64,000 nt of DNA, taken from the NCBI RefSeq assembly GCF_041920015.1, contig NZ_JAYRST010000002.1, positions 18,952 through 82,951 of the forward strand. The letters run 5' to 3'. The notes under the pieces are model-generated. The model saw only the letters and a program-made list of their open reading frames with translations. It was not told the DNA's origin and made no database searches. Positions 38,205-46,869 of the stretch are shown here, piece after piece. Position 1 is the stretch's first letter; each line of letters starts with the position of its first letter. Source of the stretch: Phenylobacterium sp. (GTDB lineage Bacteria; Pseudomonadota; Alphaproteobacteria; Caulobacterales; Caulobacteraceae). The position numbers were made by a program, and so were the translations under genes.

Positions 38205-39131
38205 TTACCCCTGCGAGAGAGCCCGAACATGCGCAAGCGCCGACTGGCCTAGAGCCTCTAGGTCGTACCCGCCCTCGAGCGAGGAAACAACCCGCCCGCG
38301 TCCATGCGCCCGCGCCACCTCGAGGATGGCCCGCGTGGCCCACTCGAAGTCCTCGGCCTCCAGGTTCTGGCTCGAATCGCTGACCGGATCGCGGGCGTGG
38401 GCGTCGAAGCCGGCCGAGACGACGATCAGGTCGGGCGCGAAGGCGTCCACGTGGCGCATCAGGCCGGAAAACTCGCGCCGCCAGGCCTCGCGCGAGGCGC
38501 CGGGCGACACCACGGCGTTGCGGATATTGCCGGGGACAGGCTCGGAAGGATGGCCGCTGCCCGGCCACATCGGCCATTGCTGCACCGAGGCGAAGAACAG
38601 GTCCTCCCGCCCGCTCACCACCGCCTGGGTGCCGTTGCCGTGGTGGACGTCGAAGTCGACCACCGCCACCTTCCGCAGGCCCGCCTGCTGGGCGGCGCGG
38701 GCGGCGATGGCGACGTTGGAGAAGATACAGAACCCCATGGGCAGGGCCGGTTCCGCATGGTGCCCCGGCGGGCGCACGGCGCAGAAGGCCCGCTCGACCT
38801 CGCCGGCGGCGACGTCCCGGACCGCCTGGACCACTCCCCCCGCGGCGCGCAGGGCCGCGTTCAGGCTGCCCGGCGACATGTAGGTGTCCTCGTCCAGCTT
38901 CAGCAGGCCGGTTTGGGGCGCGGCCTCGATCAGAGCCTGGACGTAGGCGTTGCGATGGGCGAGCAGCAGATCGGCCTGGGCGATGGGCGGCGCCTCGCGC
39001 CGCTCCAGCCTCAGGGTCGCGTCGTCTGCCAGCGCGTCCAGCACCGCGCGCAGCCGCTCGGGCCGCTCGTAATGCCAGTCGCCGGGACGATGGCCGAGCA
39101 TGTCGAGATGGGTATAGAGAGCGACGTCCAT
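38205..39131 (-). CDS. Histone deacetylase-family Zn amidohydrolase
   Basis: [36 protein letters not shown] and LEGGY motifs. Confidence 0.94.
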   Translation of the reverse strand: MDVALYTHLDMLGHRPGDWHYERPERLRAVLDALADDATLRLERREAPPIAQADLLLAHRNAYVQALIEAAPQTGLLKLDEDTYMSPGSLNAALRAAGGVVQAVRDVAAGEVERAFCAVRPPGHHAEPALPMGFCIFSNVAIAARAAQQAGLRKVAVVDFDVHHGNGTQAVVSGREDLFFASVQQWPMWPGSGHPSEPVPGNIRNAVVSPGASREAWRREFSGLMRHVDAFAPDLIVVSAGFDAHARDPVSDSSQNLEAEDFEWATRAILEVARAHGRGRVVSSLEGGYDLEALGQSALAHVRALSQG

Positions 39132-39164
39132 TGGAATCGTAGACTAAACACGCCCAGCGCCCAA

Positions 39165-39704
39165 ATGCAGCCACCCGTTATCCGCCGCGCCCAGCTTTCC
39201 GATGCGGCCGCCCTTTCGGAACTGGGCGCGCGCACCTTCACCGAGACCTTCGCCCATCTCTATCCGCCGCAGGACCTGAGCGCCTTTCTGGACCAGGCCT
39301 ACAGCCTGGAGCGGACCTGCGCCGACCTCGCCCATCCCGGCAAGGCGCAATGGATCGTGGAGGCCGGCGGCCAGGCCGTGGGCTACGCCCTGGCCGGCCC
39401 CTGCGAGCTTCCGCATCCGGACGTCGCCGCCGCCAGCGGCGAGCTGAAGCGGTTCTATCTTCTGAAGCCGTGGCAGGGCGGAGGCGTCGGCGGGCGGCTG
39501 TTCGACGAGGTCATGGCCTGGCTGGAGCAGGACGGCCCCCGCGACCTGTGGATCGGCGTCTGGTCGGAGAACTACGGGGCCCGGCGCTTCTACGCCCGCC
39601 ACGGCTTCGAGAAGGTCGGCGAATACGGATTCCAAGTCGGAAACACGGTGGATCGCGAATTCATTCTGAGGCGTGTCGCGCACGCCGGTTCCACCAAGGG
39701 ATGA
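39165..39704 (+). CDS. GNAT N-acetyltransferase (PaiA/SSAT-like)
   Basis: TFTETFAHLY, ELKRFYLL, QGGGVG and GVWSENYGARRFYARHGF motifs. Confidence 0.9.
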   Translation: MQPPVIRRAQLSDAAALSELGARTFTETFAHLYPPQDLSAFLDQAYSLERTCADLAHPGKAQWIVEAGGQAVGYALAGPCELPHPDVAAASGELKRFYLLKPWQGGGVGGRLFDEVMAWLEQDGPRDLWIGVWSENYGARRFYARHGFEKVGEYGFQVGNTVDREFILRRVAHAGSTKG

Positions 39705-39854
39705 AAAGCCGGCGAAGCCTTGCGAGGTTCGCTGAATCTCTCATCTCGCTTAGAGAAATATTGCTTCGATTTAACGTCCCGGTCTTTGACGCTGCGGCCG
39801 CGTTTTGTCAGGTTCCCCGGCGATCATCGACGTAGCTGATTGGCGACGGGTGGG

Positions 39855-40349
39855 ATGTTGAAGATTGGATATGTCCGTCTGCGCGATCCGCGCTCGGCGG
39901 AGGATACGGCGAAGCTCAAATCCGACGGATGCCACGTGGTCCGCGCCGAGGAACCGGCCGGCCCCGCGGGCGATGAGTCGTCGGTTCTGACGTCCATCAT
40001 CGATTTCATCGCCGAGGGCGACCAGTTGGTCGTCACCCGGCTCAGCCACCTTGGAACCTCCGGGCGCGAACTGCTCGACGTGCTGGACCGGCTTGAGGCC
40101 CGGGGCGCCAGCCTGCTGGTCGCCCAGTCCGATCTCTGCAGCCAGGGCGAGGGCGGGCGGGCGCTGCGCGCGGCCCTGGGCGCGGTCGCCGAACTCGAAC
40201 CTCCGTGGACGAGCCGCCGCCGCAAGGGCGCGCCGGCCGAAGACATCCGCGCGTTGCAGGCCGCGGGCGTCGGCCCGGTCGAGATCGCCCGGCGGCTGGG
40301 CGTCTCGCGCATGACCGTCTGGCGCAAGCTCAAGGAAGCGACGGCCTAA
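39855..40349 (+). CDS. Serine resolvase-like protein with C-terminal HTH, catalytic motifs degenerate
   Basis: KIGYVR.., EGDQLVVTRLSHLG, RGASL and HTH EIARRLGVSRMTVWR; lacks the YxRVS serine. Confidence 0.8.
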   Translation: MLKIGYVRLRDPRSAEDTAKLKSDGCHVVRAEEPAGPAGDESSVLTSIIDFIAEGDQLVVTRLSHLGTSGRELLDVLDRLEARGASLLVAQSDLCSQGEGGRALRAALGAVAELEPPWTSRRRKGAPAEDIRALQAAGVGPVEIARRLGVSRMTVWRKLKEATA

Positions 40350-40405
40350 ATCCTCTCGGCGACCTGGGCGGCGGCCTCGGCTGCTCGATCCCCCTTGCGG
40401 ACATT

Positions 40406-40422
40406 ATGTTATAATATTACAT
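40406..40422. promoter_or_regulatory. Zur-type operator upstream of the MerC-family gene
   Basis: ATGTTATAATATTACAT, a near-perfect palindrome matching the proteobacterial Zur core ATGTTATAnTATAACAT (1 mismatch); a strongly AT-rich island in GC-rich DNA. Confidence 0.75.
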
Positions 40423-40476
40423 CGACGTCGTCGCGACGGCGACGGTCGAGTGTGTCCACCCCTCGGAGGGTCCTTA

Positions 40477-40857
40477 GTGAAAACCGCCTCAAGGTCCCTT
40501 CTGGACGCCTCGGCCGTCAGCCTGTCCGGCCTCTGCCTGGTGCATTGCCTGGCCCTCCCCCTGGTCGCCGCCTCCTCCCCCCTGCTGGCGACCTGGGCGG
40601 AGGCCGAGTGGGTCCACACCGCCGCGGTGGCGGTGGCCGCGCCGCTGTCGGCCCTGGCCCTGTGGCGGCGGGGTCAGTCGGGCCCGATCCTCATCCTCTC
40701 CCTGATCGGCCTGGCCCTGCTGGCCCTGGGCGCGGCGCACTGGCCCTCGCATCGCCTGGAGACGCCGATCACGGTCTGCGGCAGCCTGTTCCTGGCCGGC
40801 GCGCACCTGCTCAACTGGCGCCGGCGGCACGCCGATCCGGCCGCGCCGGGCTGCTGA
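40477..40857 (+). CDS. MerC-family metal-transport membrane protein
   Basis: D..AVSLSGLCLVHCLALP, EWVH and AHLLNWR motifs; about 4 TMs; SD GGAGGG before GTG. Confidence 0.85.
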   Translation: MKTASRSLLDASAVSLSGLCLVHCLALPLVAASSPLLATWAEAEWVHTAAVAVAAPLSALALWRRGQSGPILILSLIGLALLALGAAHWPSHRLETPITVCGSLFLAGAHLLNWRRRHADPAAPGC

Positions 40858-40967
40858 CGCGCTCTTTCGAAGGCTGAAGCCCGACGCAAGGGCACGCTGG
40901 ACAACCGCAGTTCGGGGCCCCATCTTCGCAAGTCAAACGTCTGTTCGTCTGCGACTGGAAGCCCGCC

Positions 40968-42143
40968 ATGTTCATGCGCTTTTTCACCGAGCTGCGCGAA
41001 GCCAAGGTGCCGGTGACGCTGAAAGAGTACCTCATGCTGATGGAGGCGCTCGACAAGGCGGCGATCGACCGGTCGGTGAACGACTTCTATTACCTGTCGC
41101 GCTCGGCCCTGGTGAAGGACGAGAAGAACCTCGACAAGTTCGACCAGGTGTTCGGCCACGTCTTCAAGGGCCTGGAAAAGGTCGAGGGCGTGGGCACGGC
41201 CGACATCCCGGCCGAATGGCTGCGCAAGATCTCCGAGAAGTTCCTGACCGAAGAGGAAAAGGCCCAGATCGAGGCCATGGGTGGCTTCGACAAGCTGATG
41301 GAGGCCCTGGCCGAACGCCTCAAGGAACAGAAGGAGCGGCACGAGGGCGGCGACAAGATGATCGGCACCGGCGGCACCTCGCCCTTCGGCGCCAACGGCT
41401 ATCATCCCGAAGGCATCCGCATCGGCCAGGACAAGGGCCGCCACGGCAAGGCGATCAAGGTCTGGGACAAGCGCGAGTACAAGAACCTCGACGACTCGGT
41501 CGAGCTCGGCACCCGCAACATCAAGGTCGCCCTGCGCCGGTTGCGCAAATGGGTGCGCGACGGCGCCGCCGACGAACTGGACATGCCCGGCACGATCCGC
41601 GGCACCGCCGAGAAGGGCTATCTGGACATCCAGATGCGGCCCGAACGCCGCAACAAGATCAGCGTCCTGATCTTCTTCGACATCGGCGGCTCGATGGATA
41701 GCCACATCAAGATCTGCGAGGAGCTGTTTTCGGCCGCGCGGTCCGAGTTCAAGAACATGGAGTTCTACTACTTCCACAACTGTCTCTATGAGCACGTGTG
41801 GAAGGACAACCGCCGCCGTCACGCCGAGAAGCTGAACACCTGGGACATCCTCCACAAGTTCTCCAGCGACTATAAGGTGATCTTCGTCGGCGACGCGACG
41901 ATGAGCCCCTACGAGATCACCTATCCGGGCGGCTCGGTCGAGCACTGGAACGAGGAGGCCGGCGCGGTGTGGATGGACCGCGTGGCCCAGATCTACGAAC
42001 ACATGGTCTGGCTCAACCCGACGGCCGAGCGGCACTGGGACTACACCCCCTCCATCGAGGTGATGAAGCAACTGGTGAACGACCGGATGTTCCCGCTGAC
42101 GCTGGAAGGCCTCGAAAAGGCGATGAAGGAGCTGGCACGCTAA
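40968..42143 (+). CDS. VWA (CoxE-like) domain protein
   Basis: MIDAS DIGGSMD, YFHNC, VGDATMSPYEI and WLNP motifs; IGTGGTSPFG. Confidence 0.88.
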   Translation: MFMRFFTELREAKVPVTLKEYLMLMEALDKAAIDRSVNDFYYLSRSALVKDEKNLDKFDQVFGHVFKGLEKVEGVGTADIPAEWLRKISEKFLTEEEKAQIEAMGGFDKLMEALAERLKEQKERHEGGDKMIGTGGTSPFGANGYHPEGIRIGQDKGRHGKAIKVWDKREYKNLDDSVELGTRNIKVALRRLRKWVRDGAADELDMPGTIRGTAEKGYLDIQMRPERRNKISVLIFFDIGGSMDSHIKICEELFSAARSEFKNMEFYYFHNCLYEHVWKDNRRRHAEKLNTWDILHKFSSDYKVIFVGDATMSPYEITYPGGSVEHWNEEAGAVWMDRVAQIYEHMVWLNPTAERHWDYTPSIEVMKQLVNDRMFPLTLEGLEKAMKELAR

Positions 42144-42198
42144 CGCTCCGCATCGCCCGACACCTGCTAAGGTGTGGGGACATTTGAGAGATTCGCCC

Positions 42199-42852
42199 GT
42201 GGACGCCGCCCAGGCCAACGAACCCGAAGAGACCAACGAAGCCGCCACCAAGGCGGCGGTCTTCTGCGCCGCCGAGCGGCTCTTCGCCCTCCACGGCTTC
42301 CAGAACGTCTCGGTCCGCGACATCACCGCCGCCGCGGGGGTGAACCTCGCCTCGGTGAACTACCACTTCGGCTCCAAGGACGCCCTGCTGTTCGAGATCT
42401 TCCGCCGGCGGACGGCGGAGCTGAACCGCGAGCGGGCGCGGATGCTGCACGAGGCCAACGACCGCCATCACGGCGACCCGCCGGTCCGCGACATCCTCGA
42501 GGCGCTGTTCGCCCCGCCCCTGCGCTGGGGCTCGCTCGAGAACGACCGGCGCATCTCGATCCAGTTCATCATCCGCTCGCGCAGCGAAGGCACCGCCGAG
42601 ATGCGCGAAGCGCTGGCCAAGGACGTCAGCCACCTGGCCCGCTTCGCCGACGCCCTGATCAAGGCGCGCCCGGACCTGCCGGCGGAAACCGTCTACTGGC
42701 GGCTGCACTTCTGCCTGGGCATGGTGCACAACAACCGCTTCGCCGAGTTCGACCGCCTGCACGTACTGTCCGACGGGGCGACCCGCGAAGGCGACACGGA
42801 CGGCCTGCTGGGGCGCATGCTCGACTTCGCCGAGGCCGGCTTCTCGGCCTAG
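42199..42852 (+). CDS. TetR/AcrR family transcriptional regulator
   Basis: AAERLFALHGFQNVSVRDITAAAGVNLASVNYHFGSKDAL. Confidence 0.93.
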   Translation: MDAAQANEPEETNEAATKAAVFCAAERLFALHGFQNVSVRDITAAAGVNLASVNYHFGSKDALLFEIFRRRTAELNRERARMLHEANDRHHGDPPVRDILEALFAPPLRWGSLENDRRISIQFIIRSRSEGTAEMREALAKDVSHLARFADALIKARPDLPAETVYWRLHFCLGMVHNNRFAEFDRLHVLSDGATREGDTDGLLGRMLDFAEAGFSA

Positions 42853-43478
42853 CCGGCCAATTTCCAGGCCAGCCGCAGGTCTTCGACGAACCCGCCATAG
42901 AGCGCCTTGCGCCTCGCCTCGTCCGGCGCCCGCAGCAGGAATGACGGGTGATAGGTCACGATCGCCTGGGCCTGGTCGGGCAACTGGAGCGCCCGCCCGC
43001 GCGACTTGCCGATCGCCGTCGCCTTGCCGAACACGCCCAGCGCCGCGGTGGCGCCCAGGGCCACGATCACCCGCGGCCGCACGATGGCCCGCTCGGCGTC
43101 CAGCCACCAGCGGCAGGCCGAGACGTGGGCGGCGGTCGGGGTCTGGTGGATGCGGCGCTTGCCCCGCTGCTCATGGCGAAAATGCTTCACCGCGTTGGTG
43201 ACATAGGCCTCGCCCCGCGGAACCGACGCCTCCTCCAGCGCGCGGTCCAGCAGGCGCCCCGCCGGCCCGACGAACGGCCGCCCGGCGAGGTCTTCCTGGT
43301 TTCCCGGCTGCTCGCCCACCAGCATCAGCCGCGCCTGGGCCCCGCCCTCGCCCGCCACGCCCTGGGTCGCCTCGCGCCACAGCTCGCAACGGCGGCAGGC
43401 CTCGACGCCGGCGGCGACCGCCTCCAGGGTCGCAGGGACGTCCGCTTCGGGAGGCGAGGAGGATGCGGCGCGCGCCAT
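42849..43478 (-). CDS. udgX: UdgX-family uracil-DNA-binding (family 4 UDG-like) protein
   Basis: CRRC, motif A GEQPG, TNAVKH, R-loop GKRRIH, C..WL and motif B HPSFLLR. Confidence 0.9.
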   Translation of the reverse strand: MARAASSSPPEADVPATLEAVAAGVEACRRCELWREATQGVAGEGGAQARLMLVGEQPGNQEDLAGRPFVGPAGRLLDRALEEASVPRGEAYVTNAVKHFRHEQRGKRRIHQTPTAAHVSACRWWLDAERAIVRPRVIVALGATAALGVFGKATAIGKSRGRALQLPDQAQAIVTYHPSFLLRAPDEARRKALYGGFVEDLRLAWKLAG

Positions 43479-43512
43479 GGTCAGGATGTCCGCGTTCGAC
43501 GGTCCGAACTGG

Positions 43513-43538
43513 AATGAGCCGGCCCGCCGAGCGGTTCC
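43513..43538 (-). promoter_or_regulatory. EcfG/SigT-type general-stress promoter for udgX
   Basis: Minus strand GGAAC-N17-CATT versus consensus GGAAC-N16/17-CGTT; ends about 35 nt upstream of the udgX ATG. Confidence 0.55.
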
Positions 43539-43601
43539 TCCGCCCCGGCTTGAGCGCCCGCCGTCTCGACCGGCGGGCGACCAGCGCCTAGCCTTGCGCC
43601 C

Positions 43602-44336
43602 ATGGACCTGATCGACCCGTTCGCCCAAGCCGCGCCGCGCTTCCTCACCCGCCGCAAGTCGGGCCAGCCGCATCAGGTGTTCTCCGGCTTCCTCTTCCAT
43701 GTCGAGGCCGACCGCTATCTGGTGCTGACCGCCCTGCACTGCCTGCTGCAGCCCGGCGCCTTCTATTTCAAGAACCGGGGGACCGAGGACACCTGGGCCG
43801 ACACCTATGGTCACGACCTCGAATGCGAGGCGCTCGGCCTCAAGCTCAGCCTCTATGACGGCCGGACGCCGCGCTTCCGCTGGCACATGGACCCGCTCGA
43901 CGCCTCGCTGGACGTGGCGGCGGTTCCAGTGCGGCTGCCGGCCCGGCCCCAGGCGATCAACTGGCCCGGACGCTTCGGCGACTACGACGTGGTGACCGAG
44001 GGCCTGCCGCTCACCACCGGTTCGGCCGGCGTGATCTACGGCTTTCCGGGTGGCGCTGCGATCCTGAAGGCCGCGCCCATCGCCCGCGGCTTCACCCTGG
44101 CCAGCGACTATCGGCTCAACCCCTTCGCGTTCCATGTGGACGGGATCGGCGGCGCGGGCTGCTCGGGCGGCCCCGTCGCCCTGCGGGCCGAGCGCGGCGA
44201 CCGCACCCTGCTGCAATGGATCGGCATCTATGTCGCCACCTACGAGGCCGAGCGCCTCGGCCGCTGCATTCCACTGGGGCCGGTGATGGAGGTCGTGGAG
44301 GCCGCCGTCGCCGACCGCAACCTCTGGGATCGATGA
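43602..44336 (+). CDS. Trypsin-like (PA clan) serine protease, no signal peptide
   Basis: SGFL..; catalytic His LTALHC, Asp SLDVAAV and Ser GCSGGPV; YGFP motif; GC3-biased codons. Confidence 0.75.
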   Translation: MDLIDPFAQAAPRFLTRRKSGQPHQVFSGFLFHVEADRYLVLTALHCLLQPGAFYFKNRGTEDTWADTYGHDLECEALGLKLSLYDGRTPRFRWHMDPLDASLDVAAVPVRLPARPQAINWPGRFGDYDVVTEGLPLTTGSAGVIYGFPGGAAILKAAPIARGFTLASDYRLNPFAFHVDGIGGAGCSGGPVALRAERGDRTLLQWIGIYVATYEAERLGRCIPLGPVMEVVEAAVADRNLWDR

Positions 44337-44477
44337 GCCGAGCTTGAAGACCAAGGCTTAACCCATCTGGGAGATTTTGCGCGCGCCGTTCAGCGCCCGA
44401 ACGGCCGATCGCGTCACTTCCGGCGGCGATCGCCTGCCGCTGGACCGGCGACGCGGCGCGCCTGGAGTATTGTTCCC

Positions 44478-46739
44478 ATGTTCCGTCTCGCCCTTACCGG
44501 AGGCGTCCTTGCGACCCTGCTTCCCGCCCTGGCCCATGCCCAGGACGCCGCGCCCGCGGTCGAGGAACTGGTCGTCACCGGCGAAAAGGCGCCGCGCAGC
44601 CTGCAGGACACCCTGACCAGCGTCGCGGTCGTCGACGCCCGGCGGATCGAGACGGCGAACATCCAGTCGCTGACCGACATTCTCAACCGCACAGTCAACG
44701 TCGCCGAGACCCGTGGCGGCGAGGGCTTCACCATCCGCGGGATCGCCAATTCCAACGTCTCGGGCGGGGGCTCGGGCGCGCTGGCCAGCGTCTATATCGA
44801 TGGTGCGGCCATTCCCGAGCGCGGCATGATCTCCGGCGTGCTCGACATGTGGGACGTGCGCCAGGTCGAGATCCTGCGCGGCCCGCAATCGACGCTCCAG
44901 GGACGCAACGCCCTGGCCGGGGCCGTGGTCATCAACACCGAGGACCCGAGTTGGGACTGGCAGGCCAAGGCCCGCCTCCTGCTCTCCGACCGCCAGGAAC
45001 AGTCCTACGCCCTGGCCCTCGGCGGCCCCATCGTCGCCGACCAGCTCGCCTTCCGCCTGTCGGTGCAGGACCGCGACGCCGACGGCTTCATCTACAACAC
45101 CACCCGCAAGACGGACGAGGACCCGGTCCGCGCCACCACCGTCCGCGGCAAGCTGCTGCTCACCCCGTCGGCGACGCCGGGCCTGACCGTCCGCGCCAGC
45201 GTCATCCACGACGAGCGCGAGGGCGGTTTCGTCTACAGCTACGCCCGCACCGACCGCCCCGACGCTTTCGAGGACCGCATCACCGACAGCGACTTTCCCA
45301 GCGACAACGACGTCACCTCCAACCTCGTCAGCCTATCGGCCAATTATGCGCTCAGCGACCGCCTCAGCCTCTCGTCGGTGAGCGCCTGGGACAAGGTCGA
45401 GAGCTACGGCCGCTACGACATCGACGGCGGGCCGACCGACATCGCCCATGCGGTGGAGAACGAGACCATCTCCACCGCCACCCAGGAGCTGCGCCTGAAC
45501 TATCGGGGCGAGCGGCTGGAGGGCCTGGCCGGCCTCTATGTCAGCCGCCGCGAGCGCAAGGACGCCATCGCCTCGCTCACCAATGTCGCCACGCCTCAGA
45601 CCACCCTGGTCGGCGTGCTGATGAGCCCGCCCTTCGGCCTGCCCTTCGCCAACGCCAACGCCGTGGCCGGCGCCTATGTCGCCGCCCTCCCCGCGCTCAC
45701 CATCGACTTCCGAGGCGACGCGCCCGAGACGGTGACCACCGCGGCGATCTTCGCCGACGGCCGGTTCCGCCTGACCGACCGGGCCTGGCTGCTGGCCGGC
45801 TTCCGCTACGACCGCGAGGAGAGCAGCCTGGCCGTGCGCCAGTCGGCCCGCTTCGACGGCGCCTATCCCAACCCCGCCGCCTTCGGCCCGATGGCGCCGG
45901 TGATCGCCGGCCTCAACCAGGTGGTGGCGCTCTACGTCGCCCAGGCCGGCGCCTCGCAGCCGAAGACCTCTCGTGACTTCGAGGCCTTCCTGCCGAAGGT
46001 CGGCCTGAAGTACGACCTGACGAACGACGCCTCGCTGAGCTTCACGGCCCAGCGCGCCTATCGCTCCGGCGGGGTCAGCCTGAACGTCGCCCGCGCCGGC
46101 ATCGTCGCCTACGATCCGGAATATACCTGGAACTACGAACTGGCCCTGCGCACCGCCTGGCCGGATCAGGCCCTGACCCTGAACGCCAACGCCTACTATG
46201 TCGACTGGAGCGACCAGCAGGTGCAGGTGAACCTGGGCGCCAGCATCTACGACACCCAGACCGAAAACGCTGGCTCCTCCCACCTCTACGGCGCGGAGGT
46301 CGAAGCCGCCTGGCGCCCCAGCCAAAGGTGGGGCCTCTACGGTTCGGCCGGCTACAGCCGCACCCGGTTCGACGACTTCACCGTGGCCGCCGGCAGCCTG
46401 ACCGCCGATCTCTCCGATTCGGAGTTCGCCTTCGCCCCGCGCTGGACCGCCGCGGTCGGCGGCGACTATCGCTGGGACAACGGCCTCTTCGCGGGGGTCA
46501 ACGCCAGCTATCGCAGCAGCGCCTTCAGCGTGACCGGCGTCGATCAGGCCGCCTCGCGTCTCGACGCCCGCACCATCGTCAACGCCAAGCTGGGCTATCA
46601 GGCCGACCATTGGACGCTCTCGGCCTTCGGGAACAACGTCTTCGACGAGGCCCATGTCCAGTACGTCCAGCCCTTCTCGAACCGGGCGATGTTCGGCGCG
46701 CCGCGCGTGCTCGGCGTGATCCTCGAGGCCAATTGGTAG
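44478..46739 (+). CDS. TonB-dependent outer membrane receptor
   Basis: Signal peptide, TonB box EELVVTG, plug motif VEILRGPQSTLQGRNALAGAV, C-terminal aromatic residue (ANW). Confidence 0.95.
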   Translation: MFRLALTGGVLATLLPALAHAQDAAPAVEELVVTGEKAPRSLQDTLTSVAVVDARRIETANIQSLTDILNRTVNVAETRGGEGFTIRGIANSNVSGGGSGALASVYIDGAAIPERGMISGVLDMWDVRQVEILRGPQSTLQGRNALAGAVVINTEDPSWDWQAKARLLLSDRQEQSYALALGGPIVADQLAFRLSVQDRDADGFIYNTTRKTDEDPVRATTVRGKLLLTPSATPGLTVRASVIHDEREGGFVYSYARTDRPDAFEDRITDSDFPSDNDVTSNLVSLSANYALSDRLSLSSVSAWDKVESYGRYDIDGGPTDIAHAVENETISTATQELRLNYRGERLEGLAGLYVSRRERKDAIASLTNVATPQTTLVGVLMSPPFGLPFANANAVAGAYVAALPALTIDFRGDAPETVTTAAIFADGRFRLTDRAWLLAGFRYDREESSLAVRQSARFDGAYPNPAAFGPMAPVIAGLNQVVALYVAQAGASQPKTSRDFEAFLPKVGLKYDLTNDASLSFTAQRAYRSGGVSLNVARAGIVAYDPEYTWNYELALRTAWPDQALTLNANAYYVDWSDQQVQVNLGASIYDTQTENAGSSHLYGAEVEAAWRPSQRWGLYGSAGYSRTRFDDFTVAAGSLTADLSDSEFAFAPRWTAAVGGDYRWDNGLFAGVNASYRSSAFSVTGVDQAASRLDARTIVNAKLGYQADHWTLSAFGNNVFDEAHVQYVQPFSNRAMFGAPRVLGVILEANW

Positions 46740-46869
46740 GGGCCGCGCAGCCGACGGCCCTTCCCCTGCGGCGCCGGACTCTGGTACGAGTTCGGCATTA
46801 TATTTAGCCGTTAAAATTAGGGAGTCGCCCGCGCGACCCATTTGCGATCCGCGCGCGGGCGGAACGCTG

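Noticed and set aside
39855-40857. Resolvase plus merC as a remnant mercury-resistance transposon
   Set aside because: No merR/A/T/P, transposase or terminal IRs; codon usage is host-like; the operator is Zur-like rather than MerR-like.
42849-44354. 501-aa ORF suggesting an N-terminally extended (DUF4130-fused) UdgX
   Set aside because: The extension is the antisense of the protease gene and lacks recognisable motifs; the UdgX domain begins near ATG 43478.
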